From Bacilli bacterium (GTDB lineage: Bacteria > Bacillota_I > Bacilli_A > RF39 > UBA660), in assembly GCA_036667875.1 (NCBI GenBank), contig JAVWTD010000004.1:1-53982 (forward strand): a stretch of 53,982 nt of DNA, in the 5' to 3' direction. The notes below the pieces were generated by a model. It had not been told where the DNA came from, made no database searches, and worked only from the letters and a program-made list of their open reading frames with translations. Position numbers and translations under genes: made by a program. Positions 36,185 through 45,658 of the stretch are shown here, in pieces (the stretch's first letter is position 1; every line of letters starts with the position of its first letter).

Positions 36185-37234
36185 CTATAATGACTTTCCT
36201 TTATTTAGAGAATCATTAAATCTTTCTTCTAAGTTTTTCTTTGTAAAATCATTGTTTGGTAAATTATTGAGTTTATCCTCAAGTCCATCAAATATTTGAT
36301 CACTTGTCATGTTTAATATTAAAATAGAATCTAATTCTTCCATAAGGTATCTTACCCCCATTGTTGGTTCTTCATAAACTCTATCTCCATTATTTAAAAG
36401 ATAACCCCCTTCAAAATCAGTTAACGGTTTATAATAATTTACTCCAATTAATGATTGAATTTCTTCATAGTCATTTGCTAAAACAGCATCTTTTATTTTG
36501 GTTTCATTATCCTTTATTGATTGATATATTTCTTTATCTATGTTATTAAAAATAAATGATTTAAAATATATGTTTTCTCCATTTGATATTGAAGTAGATG
36601 CTAGTTCTCCTATTACATAATCTGCACTATTCTTAACATTATCAAAATCAGTATCTGCAAAAATCTTTACTAATAACTCACTATTATTTTCTTTTATTGT
36701 ATCAATATTAATTAAAGTTATAAAATATAAGACTTCTTTATTACTAACTTGAATTCCAATATTTTTAAGTTCTCCTTGAAGTTCAGTTGTAGCATTAACT
36801 AAAATATCTTCGGTAATAATAGTTGCTTCTTGTTCTTCATTAGTTATATCGTTAAATGTAGTATTTGGGATAAATGTTGTTCCCGCTTTTAGTGCTAAAG
36901 CCATAACTGCTATTAATAAGAATTTTTTTCTTTTTTTCTTAAGTTTATCAGTTCCTTTTTTATATGTTACTTTATGTTTTTCTTTTACAGGTTCCATTAC
37001 TTGTGTTTCATCTACATCTTTTGTTATTACTTGTTCGATAAAACTGTTTGTTTCTTTTTCTCTTCTTTGCTTTTCAATTTCAGATTTAACGTATCCTACA
37101 ATTTCTGTTGCTAAAGGATTTATTTTCCCATCAATTCTTACGGGTATTGTAAGAGTTTTTCTTTTTCCATCTTCATCAATAAAAGTATATACAAAATCTT
37201 TATTTGCAATTACTTCGTATCCTAAAAATTTCAT
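36185..37234 (-). CDS. Bitopic membrane protein with a ~110-aa cytosolic and a ~230-aa external domain (hypothetical)
   Basis: Single central TM helix FLLIAVMALALKAGTTFIP. The ATG at 37234 is preferred. Confidence 0.5.
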   Translation of the reverse strand: MKFLGYEVIANKDFVYTFIDEDGKRKTLTIPVRIDGKINPLATEIVGYVKSEIEKQRREKETNSFIEQVITKDVDETQVMEPVKEKHKVTYKKGTDKLKKKRKKFLLIAVMALALKAGTTFIPNTTFNDITNEEQEATIITEDILVNATTELQGELKNIGIQVSNKEVLYFITLINIDTIKENNSELLVKIFADTDFDNVKNSADYVIGELASTSISNGENIYFKSFIFNNIDKEIYQSIKDNETKIKDAVLANDYEEIQSLIGVNYYKPLTDFEGGYLLNNGDRVYEEPTMGVRYLMEELDSILILNMTSDQIFDGLEDKLNNLPNNDFTKKNLEERFNDSLNKGKSL

Positions 37235-37238
37235 ATAA

Positions 37239-38549
37239 TCATCCTTTCCTACATAAATCAACAAAATCTTTAAAGATAAGTTGGTTATTTAAATCGTATT
37301 CTTGCATTAATTCTGGATGCCACTGGAAACCATAAGCTTTTTTTCCATTTTCAAAATATTCTGGAATACCATCGTTTGAAAAACCATAGACTTTAAATTC
37401 ATTAGTAATTTCACCTATGTTATAACTATGTCTACTATTAACCATTATTGTGTCTTGCTTTAATATTTCATACAGTCTTGATCCTTTTTTTAAATTAACC
37501 GCATGGACATATTCTGGACCTATTTGGTGATGGTCTATGTCTGTTTCATTAATATAAGTTTTATATTTTGGTGTTGCAATTTTTAAGTTATCTACATACC
37601 CTAAAGTTTGCATTCCTAAGCAAATTCCAAGTATTGGTATATTGTTTTCTAGGGCATAATTTGCTACAAATTCATCATATTCATACCATCTGTTACCTCC
37701 AGGAAGAATTATACCATCAACCATATTTAATGATGTTTCTAGTATCTCTTTTTCTTTTGGTGTCATCCTTAAAAGTTCTTTTGGTGAAAATTCATTATAA
37801 ATTACATTTTGAGGTGGATTAATTGTTATTACACACGCATTATTTTTAGATAATGCTTTACGATAATATTCACCTATTCCGATTATTGGATATTTTTTGT
37901 CGCTCACTTGAGGTCTTCCCACTATTCCGATTATAGGAATATTTCCTTTACCTTTATTAAATGGAATATGTCTAAAATCTAAATACTCTTCAAGGCACAT
38001 GTTTAAGTTATACATAATTGTAGCATCTTTACTACCAACATATCTTAAATGCCATGGTTCTTTAGACTGGTGAGTAATTTCTTCTTTAGCTTCTGGAAAC
38101 CTTAAGACAAATCCAAATTTATGAGCATTTTTAAAAACCCACTTTGATGCTTCATCATCAAACATATCAGTACCTTTAACATAATGTGGTCCATCTTCAT
38201 CAATGGTTTCTAAGACTGCAAAGTCTATGGCTAATCCTGTTTGGTGTTCTGAGTGCCCTGGTAGGGCTACTCTTTCTATTGCTTTATCATAATCAGTTTT
38301 CTCTATAAAGTGGATAAGTATTTCTTTTTGTTCTTGATATCCACGATAACCTGAATTAATATAAATTTTATGACCTTTTTTTAAAGCTTCATTTTGAAGT
38401 AATCTAAATGATTTATAAGCGGTTTTATCAACTTTCATTTTTGATTCTATTATAGTACTTTTTATATTATCATCTATTTCAATCAAATTTTTAGGAATAA
38501 AATTACTATTTAACTTATTATATTTGTTTACAAGTATTAAGTTTTCCAT
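37239..38549 (-). CDS. Fusion protein: VanY-type D-Ala-D-Ala carboxypeptidase (M15B) plus class-I glutamine amidotransferase-like gamma-glutamyl hydrolase (C26)
   Basis: N-half: SGYRGYQEQ, HSEHQTGLAIDF and EPWHLRYVG. C-half: ILPGG...ILGICLGMQ...HH...VNSRHSY...GFQWHPE. No signal peptide or TM helix. Confidence 0.7.
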   Translation of the reverse strand: MENLILVNKYNKLNSNFIPKNLIEIDDNIKSTIIESKMKVDKTAYKSFRLLQNEALKKGHKIYINSGYRGYQEQKEILIHFIEKTDYDKAIERVALPGHSEHQTGLAIDFAVLETIDEDGPHYVKGTDMFDDEASKWVFKNAHKFGFVLRFPEAKEEITHQSKEPWHLRYVGSKDATIMYNLNMCLEEYLDFRHIPFNKGKGNIPIIGIVGRPQVSDKKYPIIGIGEYYRKALSKNNACVITINPPQNVIYNEFSPKELLRMTPKEKEILETSLNMVDGIILPGGNRWYEYDEFVANYALENNIPILGICLGMQTLGYVDNLKIATPKYKTYINETDIDHHQIGPEYVHAVNLKKGSRLYEILKQDTIMVNSRHSYNIGEITNEFKVYGFSNDGIPEYFENGKKAYGFQWHPELMQEYDLNNQLIFKDFVDLCRKG

Positions 38550-39153
38550 TTTCTACCTCTTCTAAAATTATTTTTGCAGAATAATTTATGAATTCTATTA
38601 TTTTTTCTTTTTTAAATACTAACAATTCTTTTTCTTCACTTGCATTAATTATTGTGTTTGTTTCTTTAAGTAAAAGATTTATTTTGTTTGTTTCTATCTC
38701 AGTTATATTAGACTTTATTTCTACATAAGGTTCTTTTAGAAAGTCTAAGTTTAGACCATAATATGAATTTATGAAATTATTTAATGAACTATAATCTCTA
38801 TATATCATTTCTAATCTATCTTTAAAGCATAATTCTAAAACTTTGCCATCATTTAAGCGTATTAAATTTTTAGTAGTATACTTCGGCAAGAAATCTCTAA
38901 ACCATAAAATATCTGTGAATAAATGAATATAATAACCCATTTCAAAAGGCTTACTAGTATCATATTTTTGTAAAAATAACGATAGATTTGAAGTATATCT
39001 ATCAAATTCTAAAAAATGCCCCTTATCTTTTGTTTGCCCTAATAGTTTACCTAAGTCGGGAGCAATAGATCCAATCATTAATTCTTTTTCATTCATCTGC
39101 AATTTTTTATTAATTTCTTTTGCCACACACATGTGTATCAACGCTGATGCCAT
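38518..39153 (-). CDS. Hypothetical protein (His/Asp-rich N-terminus; possible metal-dependent hydrolase)
   Basis: ALIHMCVA...IAPD...GHF...YYIHLFTD. AAAGGA lies 10 nt before the ATG at 39153. There is a 32-nt overlap with the next gene. Confidence 0.4.
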   Translation of the reverse strand: MASALIHMCVAKEINKKLQMNEKELMIGSIAPDLGKLLGQTKDKGHFLEFDRYTSNLSLFLQKYDTSKPFEMGYYIHLFTDILWFRDFLPKYTTKNLIRLNDGKVLELCFKDRLEMIYRDYSSLNNFINSYYGLNLDFLKEPYVEIKSNITEIETNKINLLLKETNTIINASEEKELLVFKKEKIIEFINYSAKIILEEVENGKLNTCKQI

Positions 39154-39205
39154 TACTATCACATCCTTTTATAATTATATCAAAAAAAGACTAAAAAGTC
39201 TTTAT

Positions 39206-39628
39206 TTATTTTATTAAACATGCTAATTGATAAACGGTAACTGCTAGAAGAATTGAAGGAGGAAAAGCAATTGCAAGGGATAGAACCATCATAACAATCT
39301 TTTGAAGGTTTGTTGTAACTTTTTTTAAAATATTAGCATATATTAATCCAAAATTAATAGGAGTTAAAACAGCACTTGCAAATGTTACCAAATATCTTAC
39401 TTCATTCTCATTTGCGGTTATTGAATAAAACAAATATGCAAAACCAATTAGAGTAATAAATTCTACTAAACCTAAAATATTAATAATATTTTCTTTTCTT
39501 ATTTTATTCCATTTTATATTATAGATTATTATTAGTAATGTTACTACAGCAACTATAACTGATACAATCATACCTACTTCTACATAGTTAATATTTTTAA
39601 AAAAGTTTATTATTTGTTCGTTTTTCAT
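39206..39628 (-). CDS. Four-TM membrane protein (hypothetical)
   Basis: Hydrophobic 140-aa ORF, 12 nt after the CNNM gene. Confidence 0.5.
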   Translation of the reverse strand: MKNEQIINFFKNINYVEVGMIVSVIVAVVTLLIIIYNIKWNKIRKENIINILGLVEFITLIGFAYLFYSITANENEVRYLVTFASAVLTPINFGLIYANILKKVTTNLQKIVMMVLSLAIAFPPSILLAVTVYQLACLIK

Positions 39629-39640
39629 AATTTATTCCTC

Positions 39641-40648
39641 CTAATTATATTCGTCGTAAATGTTTCCTAATAATTCTTCAATTATGTCTTCCATTGTTAT
39701 TATACCGGTTACTTTTTTATCGTTTTTTACAATCATTAGACCAACATTTTTTTCTTTCATTTTATTAAAAATATCGTCTATTTTATCATCTTCTTTTACA
39801 AATATAGGAAGTCTCATTAAATCATTTTTATTGAAATCATCTTTTTTTATTACTATTAGATCTTTAATGTTTAAAATTCCTATTATATCTTTTCCGTCAA
39901 AAACTGGAAATCTGGTGTGTTTTGTTCTTCTTATTTGATCTATTACTTCTTTTGGACTATCTTCATAATTAATTGACATTACTTCTTTTATAGGTGTCAT
40001 TACGTTAGATACTGTTATATCATTAAATTTAAATACATTTAAAATAATATTTGATTCTTCTTTTTCTAGTATTCCTTCATTTTTGCTATAAGATATTATT
40101 TTTTTGATTGTGTTTTCTGTTAGTTTATCTTCTTTTGGCTCTTTAATTTTAAATAAATTTTGAAGTAATTTAACTGAATTTGTTAATATATAGACAAAAG
40201 GATAAAAAACTTTTAAACTAAAATCTAAAACATTTACTGTATCAATTGCAAATTTATTTGGATTACTTAGAGCAATCTTCTTTGGAAGTAATTCTCCAAA
40301 AACTAAAGTCAAGTATGATAATAGAACAGTTATTACAACTAATATAATTGTTTCTACTAATCCTTTATAAGCACTATTTATTGTAAGATAAAGAAGGATT
40401 TGATCAGTAAATGAACTAGCGGCAATGGCACTTGCCATAAATCCTCCAAATGTTATAACAACTTGAATTGTTGCTAAGAATCTACTTGGGTTCATCGAAA
40501 GTTTTTGTACTTTCATGGCTTTTTTTGATCCTTCATCTATTTTTTCTTTTAGTTTAATTTTATTAAGAGATAAAAAGGCTATTTCAATAGCAGAAAATAG
40601 ACCATTAATAGCAATAAGAAGAAATAGTAGCAATATTTTTAAAATCAT
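39641..40648 (-). CDS. CNNM/DUF21 transmembrane domain plus CBS-pair protein (hemolysin-family, lacks the CorC_HlyC tail)
   Basis: LFSAIEIAFLSLNKIKL DUF21 start and two CBS repeats (VMTPI...; RFPVFDG...). Confidence 0.75.
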   Translation of the reverse strand: MILKILLLFLLIAINGLFSAIEIAFLSLNKIKLKEKIDEGSKKAMKVQKLSMNPSRFLATIQVVITFGGFMASAIAASSFTDQILLYLTINSAYKGLVETIILVVITVLLSYLTLVFGELLPKKIALSNPNKFAIDTVNVLDFSLKVFYPFVYILTNSVKLLQNLFKIKEPKEDKLTENTIKKIISYSKNEGILEKEESNIILNVFKFNDITVSNVMTPIKEVMSINYEDSPKEVIDQIRRTKHTRFPVFDGKDIIGILNIKDLIVIKKDDFNKNDLMRLPIFVKEDDKIDDIFNKMKEKNVGLMIVKNDKKVTGIITMEDIIEELLGNIYDEYN

Positions 40649-41097
40649 TTTATTTCACGACCTCTCACACAATGATTATAGAAATCTTTATAAGTTATTC
40701 CATAGTTAGGAATATCATATTCATATATTTTAGCATTTAAAAGATTGTGTTTTTTTAAAAATTTATTATAGATATCTTCTATTAATAATTCAAAATCAGT
40801 ATATTTGTGAGTTCCTTCAAATTCTTTCCAAGAGTGTTCATACCAAACATTATCTATTACAATAAAAGAATGAAAGTAATTTTTATTTGAAACTATAAAA
40901 TATGATTTACATTTATTTTTTAAAACATATCTTTCTAGTTCTACTTGATCTATTGAATTTCCAATTTTCGTTTTAATAAGTTTGTTTGGAGATTGTAATC
41001 TATAATCATCAAAGAAATTTATTGAATTTTTTAAATGATAATAATTATCTTTATCTATCCATCCATTTCTTATGTCTTTCATAGATTCTTCTAACAT
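40645..41097 (-). CDS. Hypothetical 150-aa protein
   Basis: It overlaps both neighbours (7 nt and 4 nt), implying translational coupling. No motif was recognised. Confidence 0.45.
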   Translation of the reverse strand: MLEESMKDIRNGWIDKDNYYHLKNSINFFDDYRLQSPNKLIKTKIGNSIDQVELERYVLKNKCKSYFIVSNKNYFHSFIVIDNVWYEHSWKEFEGTHKYTDFELLIEDIYNKFLKKHNLLNAKIYEYDIPNYGITYKDFYNHCVRGREIK

Positions 41098-42113
41098 TGT
41101 TGATTACTTTCAATTAAATTTTGAATTTGTTTTTCTAATTCTTTTTCTGGATTGTCTTCAAGTATTTTCCAGCATGATTTATTATTTTCATCTAAAACTG
41201 GTAAATACCCTAGTTCTCCAAAATGGTTTATTAAAATGATACGCCCGTCCTTTATACCGACTGCCAAGGCATAGTCATTATTAGTAAGTTTATCTAAAAG
41301 ATCGTCTCTTTCATTGTTAAAGGTTACTTTAAAGAATTTATTTTCCATACCTTCTTTAATTTTTATTAAAGTAGCATAAATATGGTCACAATAATACTCA
41401 CATCCACATGAACAATGCATGATAAATTTCTTATTACCATCCTCCATTATTGTAACGATAGAATCTTTTTCTCCTGTTACAAGAGCATAATAAGTAATTT
41501 CTACTTTTTCTAAATATTTTACATTATCTAATATTTTCTTTCCTTCTTCAATTACTTCATCAGTTAAAATTATATTAGGATTATCTTTTAAAAGATCAAA
41601 CTTAACATTATTTAAGTAATCAAATTTATATTGTTCTCCTGTAATAACTGCAAGTATTTGAACAAAGAATTCATCAAGTTTAGCAGGTAAATTTTTTGAA
41701 ACAATTATAAAAAAATCAACCATAAAAATCAAATCTTCAGGAAGATATCTATGAAATTCAAAATGATTAGTTCCTGGAGTCATATTTTTTATATAAGTAT
41801 CAATTTTAACTACATTTTCTCTTATATTTTTATTTATATTTTTTCCAACAATTGTGTTAGTTTCAAACATTTTTATTATGTAGCCAACAGTTTCTTTTTC
41901 AATAACCTGAGAATTTAAATATTTTTTAATTTCTTTTTTATCTGCCGTATCTAAGTTTACTAAACGCAAACGGTAGACTCCTTCTCTTTTATATAAATCT
42001 AAACTTATAAAAAAATTAGCTCTTTTATAGTTAAATAATCTAATTTCAAGTATAGGAACAGTATGGGATTTTTTAATAAATTTTTTAATTTCGTTAATTT
42101 TTTCTTCTAGCAT
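41091..42113 (-). CDS. SWIM zinc-finger-containing protein (hypothetical)
   Basis: HCSCGCEYYCDHIYA fits the SWIM pattern CxC-xn-CxH. The rest was not recognised. Confidence 0.5.
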   Translation of the reverse strand: MLEEKINEIKKFIKKSHTVPILEIRLFNYKRANFFISLDLYKREGVYRLRLVNLDTADKKEIKKYLNSQVIEKETVGYIIKMFETNTIVGKNINKNIRENVVKIDTYIKNMTPGTNHFEFHRYLPEDLIFMVDFFIIVSKNLPAKLDEFFVQILAVITGEQYKFDYLNNVKFDLLKDNPNIILTDEVIEEGKKILDNVKYLEKVEITYYALVTGEKDSIVTIMEDGNKKFIMHCSCGCEYYCDHIYATLIKIKEGMENKFFKVTFNNERDDLLDKLTNNDYALAVGIKDGRIILINHFGELGYLPVLDENNKSCWKILEDNPEKELEKQIQNLIESNQQC

Positions 42114-42186
42114 TTTATCTCACCTTACATTAAGTATAACACGATTGACAATTTCTATAAATAGTTTTTTATAAATTTTAATATAT

Positions 42187-42765
42187 TTATTCAAAGTCTT
42201 CTAAATGATAACCTAACTTTTTTAAATTATAATAAATTGTTTCAACGGGACATCCTAAAACATTATAGAAACTTCCTTCAATTTTATCAAGAAAACATGA
42301 AGCTGTGTTTTCTAACACAAACCCTGAAGCATGCATAACATATTTTTCTGATTTCATATAATAGTCAATATCTATTTCATCTATTTCTTTTAAAGTTACT
42401 TTAGATATAGCGTGATCTGTTATTACTTTTTCCTTTTCTATATCTATAATGCTTATTCCTGTTATTACTTGAACAGTTTTATTTTGAGACTTAGATAAGT
42501 TATTTCTAGCGTCTTCAATACTCTTTGGTTTTTCAATTATTAAGCCATCTCTATAAACGATTGTATCTAGACCTATAATAATACCAGTTTCTACTTTTCT
42601 ACTAGCTTCATAGGCTTTATTCCTTGCTAATTCCATAGTATACTCTGCAGGATTTGTTGCTTTACTTATTTCTTCTCCTTCAATACTAATACAACTATGA
42701 TTTAAACATACTTTATTTAATATATCACTCTTCATTTTTGAAGTACTTGCTAAATACAATTTCAT
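42187..42765 (-). CDS. maf: Maf-like nucleoside triphosphate pyrophosphatase (divergent)
   Basis: LYLASTS..., GLDTIV and EGSFYNVLGCP match the Maf layout. The usual SPRR phosphate-binding motif reads SKMK. Confidence 0.6.
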   Translation of the reverse strand: MKLYLASTSKMKSDILNKVCLNHSCISIEGEEISKATNPAEYTMELARNKAYEASRKVETGIIIGLDTIVYRDGLIIEKPKSIEDARNNLSKSQNKTVQVITGISIIDIEKEKVITDHAISKVTLKEIDEIDIDYYMKSEKYVMHASGFVLENTASCFLDKIEGSFYNVLGCPVETIYYNLKKLGYHLEDFE

Positions 42766-42766
42766 A

Positions 42767-43528
42767 TTATTTCCTCCTTGTTTCTAATAACTTTATAGCT
42801 TCATTTTTTAAATTAAGAACTTTAAATTTATGATAATCTTTTTCTAATTCATTAAAATATACCAAAAAAACATTTTTAACTTTTATACTGGTACAATTCT
42901 CAATTAAGTATTTATAAATATTTAATTGAAGTGAATAATGAATATAATTGCAGTCTTCTATATTGTCTATTGGATAGAGCATCTTTTTATTATTAAAACT
43001 ATTAAATTTAATTTCTTTATTAGTCTTATAATCAATTAGTACCAGTGTATCACTATCTTTATTTATTAAAAGATTGTCTATACTTCCAGCTATATCATAT
43101 TCTATACTTCCTACTATAAATTCATCCCTAAATATTTTTAAAGTGTCTTTATGGTCAAGATAGAATTTTTTAGCCTGAATGCAACTGTTTTCTACTGATT
43201 TCTTTAAAGATTCAATATCTAACTCTTTATATTGATCATAATTTAATTCTACTTCTTCATCATTCCATAGTGCTTGAGCATAAAGATGAACAAGAGTACC
43301 CTTAGCAGTTGAATATAAATTATCTAAACGCCATTTTTCTAAAATCTCACTTTGAGGAATATTAAGTTTTTCAGATTGCCTTTTACTTAACCCCTCTTTA
43401 TCAAAGACATTTGAGTATTCATGTATTAGAGTTGTTACGCTAGTTCCTACTCTTTTACCATCAAGTTCATAATGATGGTCTTCTGGATAAAAAACATATC
43501 CTTTGAATGCTTCTTCTAATTCATTCAT
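42767..43528 (-). CDS. PD-(D/E)XK-superfamily nuclease-like protein
   Basis: GSIDNL...LVLIDYKTNKE...YSLQLNIYKYL fits the D...(D/E)xK...QxxxY pattern of RecB/Cas4/YqaJ-like nucleases. Confidence 0.5.
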   Translation of the reverse strand: MNELEEAFKGYVFYPEDHHYELDGKRVGTSVTTLIHEYSNVFDKEGLSKRQSEKLNIPQSEILEKWRLDNLYSTAKGTLVHLYAQALWNDEEVELNYDQYKELDIESLKKSVENSCIQAKKFYLDHKDTLKIFRDEFIVGSIEYDIAGSIDNLLINKDSDTLVLIDYKTNKEIKFNSFNNKKMLYPIDNIEDCNYIHYSLQLNIYKYLIENCTSIKVKNVFLVYFNELEKDYHKFKVLNLKNEAIKLLETRRK

Positions 43529-43581
43529 TTTATCACTTCCCTATATACTATTCTAACATAAAAAGAGACAATATTGTCTCT

Positions 43582-44553
43582 TTAATTTTCTGCTTCTTCT
43601 AGCATATTAGTTATTAGTATTCCATAGCCTTTTTTAGGATCATTGATAACAACGTGGGTTATTGCACCAATAATTTTATTATCTTGAATAATCGGAGAAC
43701 CACTCATTCCCTGAACGATTCCTCCAGTCTTATTTAATAAAGAAGGGTCTATTACTTCAAACATAATATTTTTTGTTTTATCTGAAATATTTATTTTAGT
43801 TATATTGATTTTATATTTTAAGACTTCATTTAAATTAAGGACGGTTAGTATTTCTGCTTCACCTGTTTTTACTTCAGATGGTTTAGCAACTTTTAACAAA
43901 TTATTATTATTAATATTTATTTCATAATTTCCAAATATACCTTTATTGGTATTTTCAAAAATATGACCAAAGATATTTGAAGAGTCGTACCTAGAATTCT
44001 TTTCTCCAGGTGTTCCTGGTTCACTTCTTTCTATACCTACAACTTCTGAATTAAAGATTGTTCCATCATTTGTCTTTATTATATCTCCTGATTGAGAGTC
44101 TATTATTTCATGCCCTAATGCTCCAAATAATTTAGTATTTGGATCAATATATGTAAGTGTACCTATTCCAGTTATACTATCTTTTACATATAGCCCTGTT
44201 TTACATATACCATTATCTTGTTTTAAGTTTAAGGTTGTTTTTAAGGGTTTTAAGTTTCTTACTAATTCTATTTCTAGTTTAGTACAGTCTGAATTATTAA
44301 CTTTATTTGTAAGTTCTTCGACTGTTTTTATTTCTTGGTTTTCTACTTTTTTTATGGTGTCTCCTATTTTAATCGTATTATCAGCATTTATAATATAGTC
44401 ACCAATTTTGTATGAACCAACAATTAAAACTCCTTCAGTTTTAATGTTAATTCCAATATTCTCCCCACTAGCAATTATGTAGTCAGAATAAGCTTTTGCA
44501 GTAAAAGGAATACATAACAATATACTTAAGAATAAACTAAAATGTTTTTTAAT
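43582..44553 (-). CDS. spoIVB: SpoIVB sporulation signalling serine peptidase (S55), probable ATT start
   Basis: PDZ-like segment, GTLTYIDPNTKLFGALGHEI and the GMSGSPI catalytic Ser. The in-frame ATT at 44553, 8 nt after AAAGGAG, restores the signal peptide (M)KKHFSLFLSILLCIPFTAKA. Confidence 0.8.
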   Translation of the reverse strand: MKKHFSLFLSILLCIPFTAKAYSDYIIASGENIGINIKTEGVLIVGSYKIGDYIINADNTIKIGDTIKKVENQEIKTVEELTNKVNNSDCTKLEIELVRNLKPLKTTLNLKQDNGICKTGLYVKDSITGIGTLTYIDPNTKLFGALGHEIIDSQSGDIIKTNDGTIFNSEVVGIERSEPGTPGEKNSRYDSSNIFGHIFENTNKGIFGNYEININNNNLLKVAKPSEVKTGEAEILTVLNLNEVLKYKINITKINISDKTKNIMFEVIDPSLLNKTGGIVQGMSGSPIIQDNKIIGAITHVVINDPKKGYGILITNMLEEAEN

Positions 44554-44628
44554 TATATCAACTCCTTTGACTACTCTATTATTTTACCCTGTTTATTATA
44601 TTTTATGTGTCTAATTATGTCATTTATA

Positions 44629-44657
44629 TTGCACTATGTCTTTAAATGTTTTATAAT
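44629..44657 (+). promoter_or_regulatory. Sigma-A-type promoter TTGCAC-17-TATAAT for the phosphoesterase pair
   Basis: TTGCAC at 44629-44634 and TATAAT at 44652-44657. AGGAGG precedes the ATG at 44681. Confidence 0.55.
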
Positions 44658-44680
44658 GATGGTGAAAATAGGAGGTTTTT

Positions 44681-45658
44681 ATGGATAAAGAGTTGTTAGA
44701 TAAATTAAAAGATTTATCAAAAAAAGAGATTACTTTAGAAAAACTATGTAATATGTTAGGTTTAAGCAATCTTGAAGTTTTAGGTCTTATTAAGGAACTA
44801 GAAAAAGAAGGACTTAATATAAGTAAGATTGCAAAAGATGATGGAATTCATATTTTAAACAAAGGAGACGTTAATGAATTTAATGATAATCATTATAAAT
44901 TTGGAACAGATGAATACAATGAATTTAAATTTGCAGTAATATCTGATACAAGATTAGGATCAACTTCACAACAGTTATCAATCTTAAATGATATTTACAA
45001 AAAAGCTAATGAATTAGGAATTAAACATGTATTCCACTGTGGAAATATTAGTGAGGGTTTATATCCACTTACAAGTGAATATGCACCTACTTTGTTTGTA
45101 AGTGACACTATTATGCAAGCAAATTATATTGTTCAAAATTATCCATTTGTTGAGGGAATTAAGACATATTTTTTACTAGGAACAAAGGATATTACTCATT
45201 TAAAGAAAAAACAAATTGATATTGGTAAAATTATATCTGAGAGTAGAGAGGATATGATATATCTTGGAATTGATAGATGTAATATTGAAATTGATAAAGT
45301 AAAATTAGATTTAAGAAATGTAAAAGGGAAAAAAACATACACTGTATCATACAGAGCTCAAAAAATTATTGATGCTTTAAGAAGCGAAGATATTCCAGAC
45401 ATTATGATTTATGGTGGATTACTACAAATGGAGAGTTTTAAATATCGTGGAGTTAGATTAATTTCTTCCCCTTCTGTAGTTGCTACTACAAACGAAATGT
45501 TTAATAATGAAAACAATAATACAGTTGGTAATTGGTTTATAACTATAGTTACAAATAAAAAAGGAGAACTTGTAAAGGTAATACCTACAGCTGCTACTTA
45601 TTATAGTACAGATAAATTAGATTATCAAAAATCAAAAGTCTTAAGGGGGGAACAATAA
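44681..45658 (+). CDS. wHTH plus metallophosphoesterase-fold protein with degenerated catalytic motifs (pseudo-enzyme paralogue)
   Basis: Aligns along its whole length with the next ORF, but DxH reads DTR, GD reads GN, GNHD reads GTKD, and GHxH reads YGGL. Confidence 0.6.
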   Translation: MDKELLDKLKDLSKKEITLEKLCNMLGLSNLEVLGLIKELEKEGLNISKIAKDDGIHILNKGDVNEFNDNHYKFGTDEYNEFKFAVISDTRLGSTSQQLSILNDIYKKANELGIKHVFHCGNISEGLYPLTSEYAPTLFVSDTIMQANYIVQNYPFVEGIKTYFLLGTKDITHLKKKQIDIGKIISESREDMIYLGIDRCNIEIDKVKLDLRNVKGKKTYTVSYRAQKIIDALRSEDIPDIMIYGGLLQMESFKYRGVRLISSPSVVATTNEMFNNENNNTVGNWFITIVTNKKGELVKVIPTAATYYSTDKLDYQKSKVLRGEQ

